64,000 nucleotides of DNA, taken from contig CACKEY010000002.1 of NCBI GenBank assembly GCA_902599315.1, forward strand, positions 151,647 through 215,646. The letters are read 5' to 3'. Each line of letters begins with the position of its first letter. Within the stretch, counting starts at the first letter, position 1. A program made the translations under genes and the position numbers. Positions 1-9,585 of this stretch are shown here, one piece after another. Under the pieces are notes generated by a model. It worked only from the letters and a program-made list of their open reading frames with translations. It did not search any database and was not told where the DNA came from. This stretch comes from an uncultured SAR86 cluster bacterium. GTDB taxonomy: Bacteria; Pseudomonadota; Gammaproteobacteria; Magnimaribacterales; D2472.

Positions 1-374
1 AAATGAACATCCATAACCTGGTCAAATTCTTCTATAGAAATCTTATGAAAACTTTTATCTCTCAAGATTCCAGCATTATTTACAAGAATATCTATCCGAC
101 CCCATTTCTCCATGGTCTCCTCAATCATCTTTGAAACTCCAGCTTTATCCGCAACGCTTGATCCATTCGATATTGCTTCGCCTCCCTCAGCTTTAATCTC
201 CTCAACCACAGCATTTGCTGCATCGCTGGCTCCTCCAGAACCATCAACGGCTCCACCAAGATCATTAACAACTACCTTTGCTCCTCTTCTAGCAAATTCG
301 AGAGCGTGCTGCTTTCCTAAACCACCACCAGCACCAGTTACGATCGCTACCTTGTCATCAAATCTAATTGTCAT
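1..374 (-). CDS. SDR-family oxidoreductase (MFE-2 / 3-hydroxyacyl-CoA dehydrogenase-like), runs off the left edge
   Basis: Manual translation from ATG at 374: MTIRFDDKVAIVTGAGGGLGKQHALEFARRGAKVVVNDLGG...ILVNNAGILRDKSF, with TGxxxGxG and NNAG motifs. Not in the ORF track. Confidence 0.9.
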   Translation of the reverse strand, partial: MTIRFDDKVAIVTGAGGGLGKQHALEFARRGAKVVVNDLGGAVDGSGGASDAANAVVEEIKAEGGEAISNGSSVADKAGVSKMIEETMEKWGRIDILVNNAGILRDKSFHKISIEEFDQVMDVH

Positions 375-406
375 AATTGTCTCCCAATAGGTTTTGTCTA
401 TTTTAT

Positions 407-1630
407 CTAATTAGAGCCTGAAAAAATTGATTCAGGTTGAAAATTTTCATTTTTTATAAGCTCCATCTCTAATTTAAAGCCATTTGAAAGAGCTCTCTTA
501 AAAAGCATAAATTGCTTAGACTGATTTACACTATCTATAGCAATTAAGTATCCGTCTTTTCCATAACAAGCTATAAATTCTGCCGAGGAAATATCTCCTA
601 GAATATGACATTCATCATAACCACCTGATATGCCTGCCATTTGTAGTTTCAAATCATATTGATCAGACCAAAACCATGGCATCTCATTATTAAAAAGATC
701 ATTTCCAACTATCGAGGAGGATGCCACTTTTGATTGAGCAAGAGCATTGGGAACACTTTCTAACCTTAGCTCTTTATTTAAAAGAGTGTTAAATGAGGAT
801 GTGCAATCGCCGACTGCGAGAATGTTTGGGGAAGAGGTTCTACAGAACTGATCAGTTTTAATGCCATTGTCACAAGCAAGACCAATTGATTCTGCTAATT
901 GAACATTTGGGATTGCTCCAATTCCAACTAAAATCATATCAGCTTCAATTTTTTCACCTGATTCTAAACATACAGTATTAATGTTTTCATTGTCTGCAAT
1001 TAGTTCATTCAATTTTGTGTTGCAGATAATTTTCACACCCATTTTGGAATGAAAATCATTATAAAATTTAGAAAGCTCAGGGCTAGTGACTCTTTTTAAA
1101 ATTCTATCCTCTGACTCCAAAATTGTGACATCTAATCCCAACTCAATCATTGCGGATGCCACCTCCAAACCTATGTAACCACCTCCAATTAAAACTATTT
1201 TTTTACCAGCAGCAATAACTTTTTGCATAGATAAAACATCTGAAATCTGCCTTAAATAGAATAAATTTTTGGCCTGAGCATTTTTCATTGGTAACAATCT
1301 TGCAGAAGCACCAGTAGCAAAAACTAGATAATCAAAATCAAATGAAGCATCATCTGAGCATACTTTATTAGATTCAAGATCGATGGTATGAACTCTCGTA
1401 TTAAGATTTACTAAGATATTTTGGTCATTATAAAAATCTGCTTTTTTAAAACTAAGCTTGTTTTCTTCAATCTTTTTCTTTAAAAAATCCTTAGATAATG
1501 GAGGTCTGTGATAAGGCAAATGACTCTCGTCACATATGATATTAATATTTCCGTCAAACCCATCTTTTCTAAGAGCAAAGGCTGTATTCGCACCAGCATG
1601 CCCTCCTCCAACAATTACTACCTTAGTCAT
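407..1630 (-). CDS. FAD/NAD(P)-dependent ferredoxin reductase (putidaredoxin reductase-like)
   Basis: GGGHAG, PYHRPPLSK, GGGYIGLE, GD and PWFWSDQYD motifs. Confidence 0.88.
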   Translation of the reverse strand: MTKVVIVGGGHAGANTAFALRKDGFDGNINIICDESHLPYHRPPLSKDFLKKKIEENKLSFKKADFYNDQNILVNLNTRVHTIDLESNKVCSDDASFDFDYLVFATGASARLLPMKNAQAKNLFYLRQISDVLSMQKVIAAGKKIVLIGGGYIGLEVASAMIELGLDVTILESEDRILKRVTSPELSKFYNDFHSKMGVKIICNTKLNELIADNENINTVCLESGEKIEADMILVGIGAIPNVQLAESIGLACDNGIKTDQFCRTSSPNILAVGDCTSSFNTLLNKELRLESVPNALAQSKVASSSIVGNDLFNNEMPWFWSDQYDLKLQMAGISGGYDECHILGDISSAEFIACYGKDGYLIAIDSVNQSKQFMLFKRALSNGFKLEMELIKNENFQPESIFSGSN

Positions 1631-1679
1631 TAAATCTACCGATTGGAATATATAAAAACATATTTATACTTACTATTTT

Positions 1680-2276
1680 ATGAACAATGAAATTGTAGCT
1701 CACAACGATCTAAAAATTCGAGTAGAAGAGAATTTTTTTGATTCAAATGAATCCAATGAATTACTTAATAGACTTATAGAAAATCTTCCGTGGGAGTCTA
1801 TGATGATTAAAATGTTTGGCAAAAATTTAAAGATACCCAGATTGCAATGCTGGATTGGTGATGAGGGATGTGATTATAAATATTCTGGCAAAATGCTTAA
1901 CCGACAAAACTGGAATAAAGAACTAATGATAATTCGAGAAAAGATCTTTCAAGAAACAAAAATTGATTTTAATTCTGTGCTTGCCAATTATTATCGGGAC
2001 GGCAAAGACTCTATGGGATGGCACTCAGATGATGAAAAAGAGCTTGGTCCAAATCCAACTATAGCCTCTATTTCTTTCGGTAGTGAACGAAATTTATATT
2101 TCAGAAATAAAATTTCAAAAAAAATAATATCAATTCCTCAAAGACATGGATGTTTAGTAATGATTGATGGTAGAACACAAAAAAATTGGCAACATTCAAT
2201 AAAAAAGACGCAAAAAATCATTGGTCCGCGAATTAATCTAACGTTTAGGAATATAATAGCTTCAAATAAACTTTAA
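1680..2276 (+). CDS. AlkB-family 2OG-Fe(II) dioxygenase (ALKBH2/3-like)
   Basis: NYYRDGKDSMGWHSDDE, WQH, RINLTFR. Confidence 0.9.
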   Translation: MNNEIVAHNDLKIRVEENFFDSNESNELLNRLIENLPWESMMIKMFGKNLKIPRLQCWIGDEGCDYKYSGKMLNRQNWNKELMIIREKIFQETKIDFNSVLANYYRDGKDSMGWHSDDEKELGPNPTIASISFGSERNLYFRNKISKKIISIPQRHGCLVMIDGRTQKNWQHSIKKTQKIIGPRINLTFRNIIASNKL

Positions 2277-2284
2277 GGATTTTT

Positions 2285-3283
2285 ATGAAAGACAGAATCA
2301 AGGTTGTTGTTACTGGAGCCGCGGGTCAAATAAGTTACTCTCTTATTCCCAGACTGATTGATGGACACACCTTTGGAGATAAGATAGTTGATTTAGAGCT
2401 AGTTGAAATCCCTCAAGTGGTTGATAAATTACAGGGTCTGATAATGGAGCTAGAAGACTCTAATTTTCCAAATATGGGAAATGTGAATTACACATCTGAT
2501 TTTGAGTCAGCAGCTAAAGATGCTGATTGGTTCCTGCTAGTTGGAAGCATCCCAAGAGGAATTGTTTTTAATGGTAAAAAAATTGAGGAACGAGCCGACC
2601 TCCTTCAAATCAACGGTGGGATATTTGTTGGGCAAGGACAAGCAATTGGTAAATATGGTAAGTCCGATGCCAAAATCTTAGTAGTAGGCAATCCTGCGAA
2701 TACTAATGCGTTAATTGGAAGACATGCAGCTGGAAATGATTCTCAGCTATGGATGGCAATGACAATGCTTGATTCAAGCAGAGCAAGGTCTGTGCTGTCA
2801 AAGAAACTTAATGTAGGAATTGAAGATATCAATAAAATGATTATTTGGGGTAATCATAGTCCAACTATGTACCCTGACTTTGAAAATATCATCTCAAATG
2901 GAGAATTAGGCAAAAATCTTATCGATGACATGAATTGGGTTAACAATGATTTTCTACCAATCGTTCAGCAAAGGGGAAAAGCTGTAATTGATTCACGAGG
3001 AGCTTCTTCAGCAACCTCTGCAGCAAAAGCAGCATTAGATACAGTCATTGCTTGTGAAAATCCTTCAAAGTCAGGAGAATGTTTTAGTGCCGCTGTTATT
3101 ACAGATGGGAGCTATGATCTTCCGCACGGAATTATTTGCGGAATGCCCCTGATGACTACATCAGAAGGCAGTGTAGAAATTGTTAGAGATATTGTCCTAT
3201 CTGATTTTGCTAAAGAAAAAATAAAAATCTCAACTAATGAATTGATTGAAGAGAGATCTGCTGTTGAAGATCTATTAAAATAA
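2285..3283 (+). CDS. mdh: Malate dehydrogenase (type 2 / cytosolic-like) with an inserted specificity loop
   Basis: VTGAAGQI, VVGNPANTNA, LDxxRA, IWGNHS, QQRG motifs. Confidence 0.85.
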   Translation: MKDRIKVVVTGAAGQISYSLIPRLIDGHTFGDKIVDLELVEIPQVVDKLQGLIMELEDSNFPNMGNVNYTSDFESAAKDADWFLLVGSIPRGIVFNGKKIEERADLLQINGGIFVGQGQAIGKYGKSDAKILVVGNPANTNALIGRHAAGNDSQLWMAMTMLDSSRARSVLSKKLNVGIEDINKMIIWGNHSPTMYPDFENIISNGELGKNLIDDMNWVNNDFLPIVQQRGKAVIDSRGASSATSAAKAALDTVIACENPSKSGECFSAAVITDGSYDLPHGIICGMPLMTTSEGSVEIVRDIVLSDFAKEKIKISTNELIEERSAVEDLLK

Positions 3284-3727
3284 ATGAGCAAAAGTGGTTT
3301 AAATAATTTTCTTCATGAAATTATCAATCGTGAAGAAATAAAAACTGTTCTTGCAATCACTCAAAAAGATTTAAGTTCCTTCGCAGAAATTTGTGAAGAT
3401 AGCCTTGATAGTTTATCTATTTTAAGTCTTGAGCATCTTGATAATAATGCAGCTGAACCTAATGACTTATGCATTATTTTTGATGATATGCCAATATCCA
3501 AAACACAAATTGGTTTAATTAAGAATGTTTTGGCTCAAAAAATACTAATCATTCAAAAAAATACAGATCTTGATCAAAACTTTATTGAGTTAGGCTTCAC
3601 CCATAATGCAGATATCGCCGCAGCAAAGATATATTCCTACAATCTAAAAACTTATAACAACAAGCGAGGTTGGAATAATGCAGAGGGTTGGGCCAATCCA
3701 GAAAATTTTGAAAAATATAGGTGGTAA
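3284..3727 (+). CDS. Conserved hypothetical protein (DUF6231-like)
   Basis: C-terminal YNLKTYNNKRGWNNAEGWANPENFEKYRW resembles the family signature; ATG directly follows the mdh stop. Confidence 0.7.
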   Translation: MSKSGLNNFLHEIINREEIKTVLAITQKDLSSFAEICEDSLDSLSILSLEHLDNNAAEPNDLCIIFDDMPISKTQIGLIKNVLAQKILIIQKNTDLDQNFIELGFTHNADIAAAKIYSYNLKTYNNKRGWNNAEGWANPENFEKYRW

Positions 3728-3731
3728 TTAT

Positions 3732-5222
3732 TTAAGATTTTAATTGAGGAAATAGTATTACATCCCTGATTGAGCTTTGATTAGTTAACATCATAACCAA
3801 CCTATCTATACCCAAACCCACTCCTACTGCGGGCGGCATGCCATGCTCTAATGCTGTAATGTAATCCTCATCAAATCCCATTGCCTCATCATCACCATCA
3901 GCCTTAGCTTTTACCTGATCACGGAATCTTTGAGCCTGATCATCAGGATCATTTAACTCACAAAAACCATTGGCTAGCTCTTTGCCTCCAATGAATAATT
4001 CAAATCTGTCTGCAATTAATGGATTATCATTATTTCTTCTTGACAAAGGAGAGACTTCAACCGGGTACTCGATGACAAACGTAGGTTGAATAAGATTTTC
4101 CTCTACAGTTTTTTCAAAAATTTCTAATAAAATTTTTCCCTCGCCCCACTGATCTTTCACAGAAATCTTAATAGATTCTGCATAAGTTTTTAGTTTATCT
4201 TTGTTAGCTGTATCAGCCTTACTCAATTCAGGGTTATGCTCCAAAACTAAATCATTAAGACTTTTTATCGAGAAATTAGATAAGTCTATTTTGTCTCCAT
4301 CCCACTCAATGTTATTTTTATTACCAATAGCTTCAGAGGCAGTTTGAATTATATTTTTTGTAAAATCTAAAGTTCCGTTGAATGTAGCAAATGCTGCGTA
4401 AAACTCTAACATGGTAAATTCTGGATTATGCCTTGTTGATAAACCTTCATTTCTAAAGCTTCTATTAATTTCAAAAACCTTCTCAAAACCACCAATCAAT
4501 AATCTTTTTAGATGCAGTTCAGGAGCTATTCTTAAAAAAAGTTCTCTATCGAGAGCATTATGTTGAGTGACAAAGGGTCTTGCAACAGCACCGCCAGGTA
4601 TTGAATGCATCATTGGAGTTTCAACTTCCAAAAAACCATCTTCAAGCATAGTGGATCTAACTGAGGAAACAATTCTAGATCTGTTTTCAAATACTTCTTT
4701 TGATTCAGGGCTACTCATTAAGTCTAAATATCTTTGTCGATATTTAATTTCAACATCAACAAGGCCTTTAAACTTTTCAGGCATAGGCCTCAAGGCTTTG
4801 GTAATAAGAATAATTGAATGCGCCTCGATAGTGAGCTCTTCTGTTTTGGTCTTAAATAAATTGCCGCTAACACCAATAATGTCTCCAAGATCCCAGGTTT
4901 TAAAATTTTTATATAAGTCAGGATCTATATTATTTTTAGTTATGTATACTTGAATATCGCCAGATCCATCCCTTATGGTGACAAAACTTGCATTACCCAT
5001 CACTCGCTTTAATACTATTCTTCCAGCCAATGACAAGTTAGTAATTTTTTTAGATTCAAGGTCCTCTTTGTTTAGATGATCATATGCGTCGTGAAGATCC
5101 TTAGAAGAATTTGCTGGAGTATAGTTATTGATGTAGGCAATGTTTCGCTCCCTAAGCTCTTCAAGCTTCCTTCGCCTTTCCTCTAGGATAGAGGATTCGC
5201 CGCTAATATTTGAGTCACTCAT
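3732..5222 (-). CDS. lysS: Lysine--tRNA ligase (class II)
   Basis: YRQRYLDL, FRNEGLSTRHNPEFTMLE, GLGIDRL; lies downstream of prfB. Confidence 0.98.
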   Translation of the reverse strand: MSDSNISGESSILEERRRKLEELRERNIAYINNYTPANSSKDLHDAYDHLNKEDLESKKITNLSLAGRIVLKRVMGNASFVTIRDGSGDIQVYITKNNIDPDLYKNFKTWDLGDIIGVSGNLFKTKTEELTIEAHSIILITKALRPMPEKFKGLVDVEIKYRQRYLDLMSSPESKEVFENRSRIVSSVRSTMLEDGFLEVETPMMHSIPGGAVARPFVTQHNALDRELFLRIAPELHLKRLLIGGFEKVFEINRSFRNEGLSTRHNPEFTMLEFYAAFATFNGTLDFTKNIIQTASEAIGNKNNIEWDGDKIDLSNFSIKSLNDLVLEHNPELSKADTANKDKLKTYAESIKISVKDQWGEGKILLEIFEKTVEENLIQPTFVIEYPVEVSPLSRRNNDNPLIADRFELFIGGKELANGFCELNDPDDQAQRFRDQVKAKADGDDEAMGFDEDYITALEHGMPPAVGVGLGIDRLVMMLTNQSSIRDVILFPQLKS

Positions 5223-6318
5223 TTATACTCCCTGGGTTAAACTTGCTTTGATAAATATATCAATATCTCCATCTAGGATTGATGAAATATTACCACTTTC
5301 AACGTTTGTTCTTAAGTCTTTAATGCGAGATTGATCTAAAACATAGGATCTAATTTGGCTTCCCCAACCAATATCCGACTTGCTATCTTCTAATAGTTGT
5401 TGCTCATCTTTCTGTTTTTGTAATTCTAACTCATAGAGCTTAGATTTTAGTTGCTTGAATGCATTGTCTTTGTTTTTATGTTGAGATCTATCATTTTGAC
5501 ACTGAACCACCGTGCCAGTAGGAACATGAGTTAAACGAACTGCGGAGTCTGTTTTATTAACATGTTGGCCCCCAGCACCGGATGCTCTATACGTATCAAT
5601 CCTAACGTCAGCAGGATTCAATTCAACTTCAATTGATTCATCAATTTCCGGTGAAATGAATACAGATGCAAATGATGTATGTCGTCTGCTGCCAGAATCA
5701 AAAGGAGATTTTCTGACCAATCTATGCACCCCTGTTTCTGTTCTAAGCCACCCGTAAGCATAACTGCCTTTTATCAACAGTGAAGCTGATTTTATCCCAG
5801 CAACTTCTCCGGGAGAATGCTCTATCACGGAAACTGTAAATTCATGCTTTTCTGCCCATCTTGTATACATTCTAAGCAACATATCCGCCCAATCTTGAGC
5901 TTCAGTTCCTCCAGAACCTGATTGAATATCAATAAATGCGGAGTTAGGATCCATTTTGTTAGAAAACATCCTGTTAAACTCTAAATCTTCTACGCTGGAA
6001 ATTAGAGAATTAGTTTCTTGATTTATCTCATTAATAGAGTCCAAATCAGATTCTTCTATGGCAATTTCCAATAAATCAAGATTATCATTTATAGACTCAT
6101 CAACTGAAAGGAAGGAATTTAAAAATTTTTCAAGATCTGCTTTTTCTTTATTGAGTGCCTGAGATAGATCTAAATTAGACCAAGTAGACTCGTCAGATAA
6201 TTTACTATTGATATCAATTAATAATTTTTCTTTATTTGCAACGTCAAAGATGCCCCCGGAGATCAATCATGCGGTCTCTAAGATTGGCAAGAATAGATTT
6301 TAGTTCGCCTGTTTCCAT
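5223..6318 (-). CDS. prfB: Peptide chain release factor 2, with programmed +1 frameshift (join 6318..6247, 6245..5223)
   Basis: SPF and GGQ motifs. ORF1 runs from ATG 6318 (METGELKSILANLRDRMIDLRGHL) and ends in CTT TGA C. Confidence 0.97.
6243..6258 (-). promoter_or_regulatory. RF2 autoregulatory +1 frameshift cassette
   Basis: CGGGGG CAT CTT TGA C: internal SD-like run, 3-nt spacer, then the CUU-UGA-C shift site. Confidence 0.95.
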
Positions 6319-6360
6319 GAGTTCTATTTTAATCTCTTTGTTGGGCCTGTAAAAGAATAA

Positions 6361-6942
6361 TTAGTTACCTGATTCTCTGATCATAGGAAATGCAGGTGGA
6401 GAGTCCTCAAATTGTACTCTTCCAATTTCTACAAAACCATGTCTTTCATACAATGCTTTATTCATTTCATTAGATGCCTCTAAATAGGCTCTATCGCCTT
6501 TCTCGTCAATCATTTGAAGCGCTTCTTTTAACAAAAAAGATCCTATGCCTTGTCTTTGTTGGGAGGGATCAACCGCAATAAATGGCAAATACCAAGCATC
6601 ATTTGGATGATACTTTTCAAATTCTTCAAAAAATTTGATTACAACTTCTATTCTTTCAGCAGGAACATATTCAAATGTTGGAGCCAAAACTGAGCTATCA
6701 AACTCAACTCCAGGAGGATGCCAAAGAGATGAGCCAAAGAAATTTTCTTCTGAATAAACAATGTTATTTTTAAAAGCTATTTTTGAAAATTCTCCCATCC
6801 AAATATCAAAGCATTTAAGATAAGAAGACGCATCAGGGAAGACCCACCTTAACAAGGCATCTGATGAAAAACCTAGCGTAAGAACTCCCTTCACTTTCTC
6901 TAAATCAGCTTGAGATGTCTTAACTATTTTGGGTATATTCAT
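6361..6942 (-). CDS. GNAT N-acetyltransferase
   Basis: WYLPFIAVDPSQQRQGIGS acetyl-CoA motif; AYLEAS; LYERHGF. Confidence 0.85.
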   Translation of the reverse strand: MNIPKIVKTSQADLEKVKGVLTLGFSSDALLRWVFPDASSYLKCFDIWMGEFSKIAFKNNIVYSEENFFGSSLWHPPGVEFDSSVLAPTFEYVPAERIEVVIKFFEEFEKYHPNDAWYLPFIAVDPSQQRQGIGSFLLKEALQMIDEKGDRAYLEASNEMNKALYERHGFVEIGRVQFEDSPPAFPMIRESGN

Positions 6943-6953
6943 ACGTATAATAT

Positions 6954-8330
6954 TTAGTTATTAAGTTTAATGAAGTTTGTGATTTTTTTATAATCTGCAT
7001 CAAAAGTATGCAGATGCTCATCTTTCTTAAAAAGATCTTTTAATGCAACAGGTGACGATTTTATTTCAATATTTAATTCTTCATACACTTTGGGAAATTT
7101 TGCGGGATGTGCTGTGGACAATAAAACATAATGATTTTTTTTATCACTCAGCTTGAAAGCTTCAACTGCTGCAACTGCTGTGTGAGGATCTAGAAGATAG
7201 CCATTTGAACGATGAACTTCTTCAATCATGCCTGTTGTATCCGTGTCATTAACCTTACTTGATGAAAAAAGGTCTTCTTTCTTTTTCCATGTTGACATGT
7301 TTAGATCAATTGGACTGGTTGGGAAATTATCAAACATTTCAGCACACACAGATGCATTTCTATCTAGGAATAGATCATAAATTAGCCTTTCAAAATTACT
7401 TGCCACACTTATATCCATGCTTGGGGATATCGTTTCGTGGACTGATTGTTTTGAATAATCATTTTTCTGGAAGAAACGATGCAAAATATCATTATTGTTA
7501 ACAGCTACGGAAATTTTATTAATTGGCAAACCCATTTTATGAGCAGAGTAACAAGCGAATACATTGCCAAAATTTCCAGTTGGAATTGAAAAACTTAACT
7601 TTCCTTTTTCATGCAATTGATTGTAGGCATAAAAATAGTAACAAATTTGCCCAATAATTCTTGTCCAATTAATTGAATTTACAGCTAATAAATATTGATT
7701 TTTATTTAAAAAATCACGTTCTTTGAAAGCTAGTTTTACTAAATCTTGACAATCATCAAAAGTGCCATTGATTCTTAAGGCGTAGACATTTGGAGACTTG
7801 ATAGTGCTCATTTGTCTTTGTTGAACTTCTGACATGTTTCCATTCGGAAGCATAATAAAGCTCTTAATTCGATTATAGTTTTTGCATGCATCAATTGCTG
7901 CAGAGCCTGTGTCACCTGATGTTGCGCCTAAAACAATAGCAGTTTTGTCCTCTGATTCTAATACCTTATTAAAAAAAGCTGCTGCTAACTGAAGACCAAA
8001 ATCTTTGAATGCTGCTGTAGGGCCATGAAAAAGCTCTAGGACGGAAACATGATTTAAATTTTTTATTCCAACAAGATCTTTATGCTCAAAATCGTGCCAA
8101 GTTGATTCTAGGATATTTAAAGTTTCTTGATGAGAAAATGAAGAGGAGGTAAATAATGGAACTATGCATTTTGCTACTTCAACAAAGGATTGTTTAGATT
8201 TTATTTCATTTAGATCTACTTGTGGCCAATAATTAGGCATAAAAAGACCCCCGTCGTCAGCCAAGCCTTGCATTAGTATCGAAGAAAAATCTCTATCCTT
8301 GTCTTTTCCTCTAGTTGAATGAAAAAGCAT
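6954..8330 (-). CDS. thrC: Threonine synthase
   Basis: LELFHGPTAAFKDFG, ATSGDTG, PTGNFGN, TAHPAKF. Confidence 0.97.
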   Translation of the reverse strand: MLFHSTRGKDKDRDFSSILMQGLADDGGLFMPNYWPQVDLNEIKSKQSFVEVAKCIVPLFTSSSFSHQETLNILESTWHDFEHKDLVGIKNLNHVSVLELFHGPTAAFKDFGLQLAAAFFNKVLESEDKTAIVLGATSGDTGSAAIDACKNYNRIKSFIMLPNGNMSEVQQRQMSTIKSPNVYALRINGTFDDCQDLVKLAFKERDFLNKNQYLLAVNSINWTRIIGQICYYFYAYNQLHEKGKLSFSIPTGNFGNVFACYSAHKMGLPINKISVAVNNNDILHRFFQKNDYSKQSVHETISPSMDISVASNFERLIYDLFLDRNASVCAEMFDNFPTSPIDLNMSTWKKKEDLFSSSKVNDTDTTGMIEEVHRSNGYLLDPHTAVAAVEAFKLSDKKNHYVLLSTAHPAKFPKVYEELNIEIKSSPVALKDLFKKDEHLHTFDADYKKITNFIKLNN

Positions 8331-9583
8331 TAAAGGTCCTCAATTCTGATAATTTTAGAATTTAAAACTTCAGGATGATCTGCCAAACCCTCTAAAGCAA
8401 TTTGCATCTCGCTTTCAATTGTTGGGTCTGTGAATATAACTAAGGGCACACTGCCATTTTGTAGTTGATCTTTTTGAATGACTTTATCAAAACTTATATT
8501 GTGATCAGCAAATGTTTTACTAATTAGGGCTAGGACTCCGGGTTCATCTTTAACCTCTAAATATACATAAAACTTAAATGTTAGATCATTGAAATTTAAG
8601 ATATTGGGCTTGCTTGAGAAATCAGGGTAATTCATCGGTGAGACTTCGTTAGACTTAGATAATGCATGTAAATCAGAAATTAAACCTGATGCAGTTGATT
8701 CTCTTCCAGCGCCAGAGCCTGCAACATGAAATGCTCCTAAAAGATCTGTATCAAATTGAATTCCATTTCTTACTCCCTTTAATCCAGCCAAACTTGAATT
8801 GATATCAAGCATTACAGGATGACTGCGAAGCTCAATTCCGCTAGTTGATAGCTTTGCCACTGCCAAATGCTTAATAGTAAAGTTAAAATCTTCAGCATAT
8901 ATGAAATCCTGAGATTTAATTTCTTCTATACCCTCTATATAAAACTCTGGTGAAGGAAGACCGGTATTAAAAGCTAAAGCAGAAAGAATCCCGATTTTGT
9001 GAGCCGCATCTGTACCATTAACATCTAGGGTTGGGTCTGGTTCTGCATAGCCATTATCTTGAGCTTCTTTTAAAACATCTGCATATGAAGCTCCCTCTTC
9101 CATATTACTAAGAATGAAGTTTGTTGTGCCGTTGAGCATCCCTGCAACTTTTGATATTTTGTTGGCACTTAGATCATTTGACAGCATTTTAATTGTTGGA
9201 GTTCCAGCACAGACCGCTGATTCAAACAGTAATCTCACATTATTTTTTCTTGCCAGCTTTATGAGCTCTTCACCATGTTCAAAGATAACTGCTTTATTCG
9301 CAGTAACAACGTGCTTTCCAGAATTAAGGGCTTCGGATATTAAGTCTCTTGCAGTTTCAACTCCTCCAATTAATTCAATAAGAACATCTACATCTTCTTT
9401 TACTACATCAAATATATCTCTTAAAATTTTTACAGATTCAGGATTGCACCGAGGATTGTCTCGTCGAGCTCCAATACATGATATTTCCCAATCAGAGTAT
9501 AGTTCGTTACCATTTGTTAGTTGCTCATATAAACCTGTTGCAACATTGCCCCAACCACAGATACCTATTTTTAATTTAGCCAT
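8330..9583 (-). CDS. hom: Homoserine dehydrogenase with C-terminal ACT domain
   Basis: VVTANKA, NGTTNFIL, GYAEPDPTLDVNGTDAAHK. Confidence 0.95.
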   Translation of the reverse strand: MAKLKIGICGWGNVATGLYEQLTNGNELYSDWEISCIGARRDNPRCNPESVKILRDIFDVVKEDVDVLIELIGGVETARDLISEALNSGKHVVTANKAVIFEHGEELIKLARKNNVRLLFESAVCAGTPTIKMLSNDLSANKISKVAGMLNGTTNFILSNMEEGASYADVLKEAQDNGYAEPDPTLDVNGTDAAHKIGILSALAFNTGLPSPEFYIEGIEEIKSQDFIYAEDFNFTIKHLAVAKLSTSGIELRSHPVMLDINSSLAGLKGVRNGIQFDTDLLGAFHVAGSGAGRESTASGLISDLHALSKSNEVSPMNYPDFSSKPNILNFNDLTFKFYVYLEVKDEPGVLALISKTFADHNISFDKVIQKDQLQNGSVPLVIFTDPTIESEMQIALEGLADHPEVLNSKIIRIEDL

Positions 9584-9585
9584 AA

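Noticed and set aside
112-390. 92-aa plus-strand ORF in the track
   Set aside because: Antisense shadow of the SDR gene on the minus strand.
6954-9583. No thrB between hom and thrC
   Set aside because: hom-thrC without thrB is the normal arrangement in Pseudomonas-like gammaproteobacteria.
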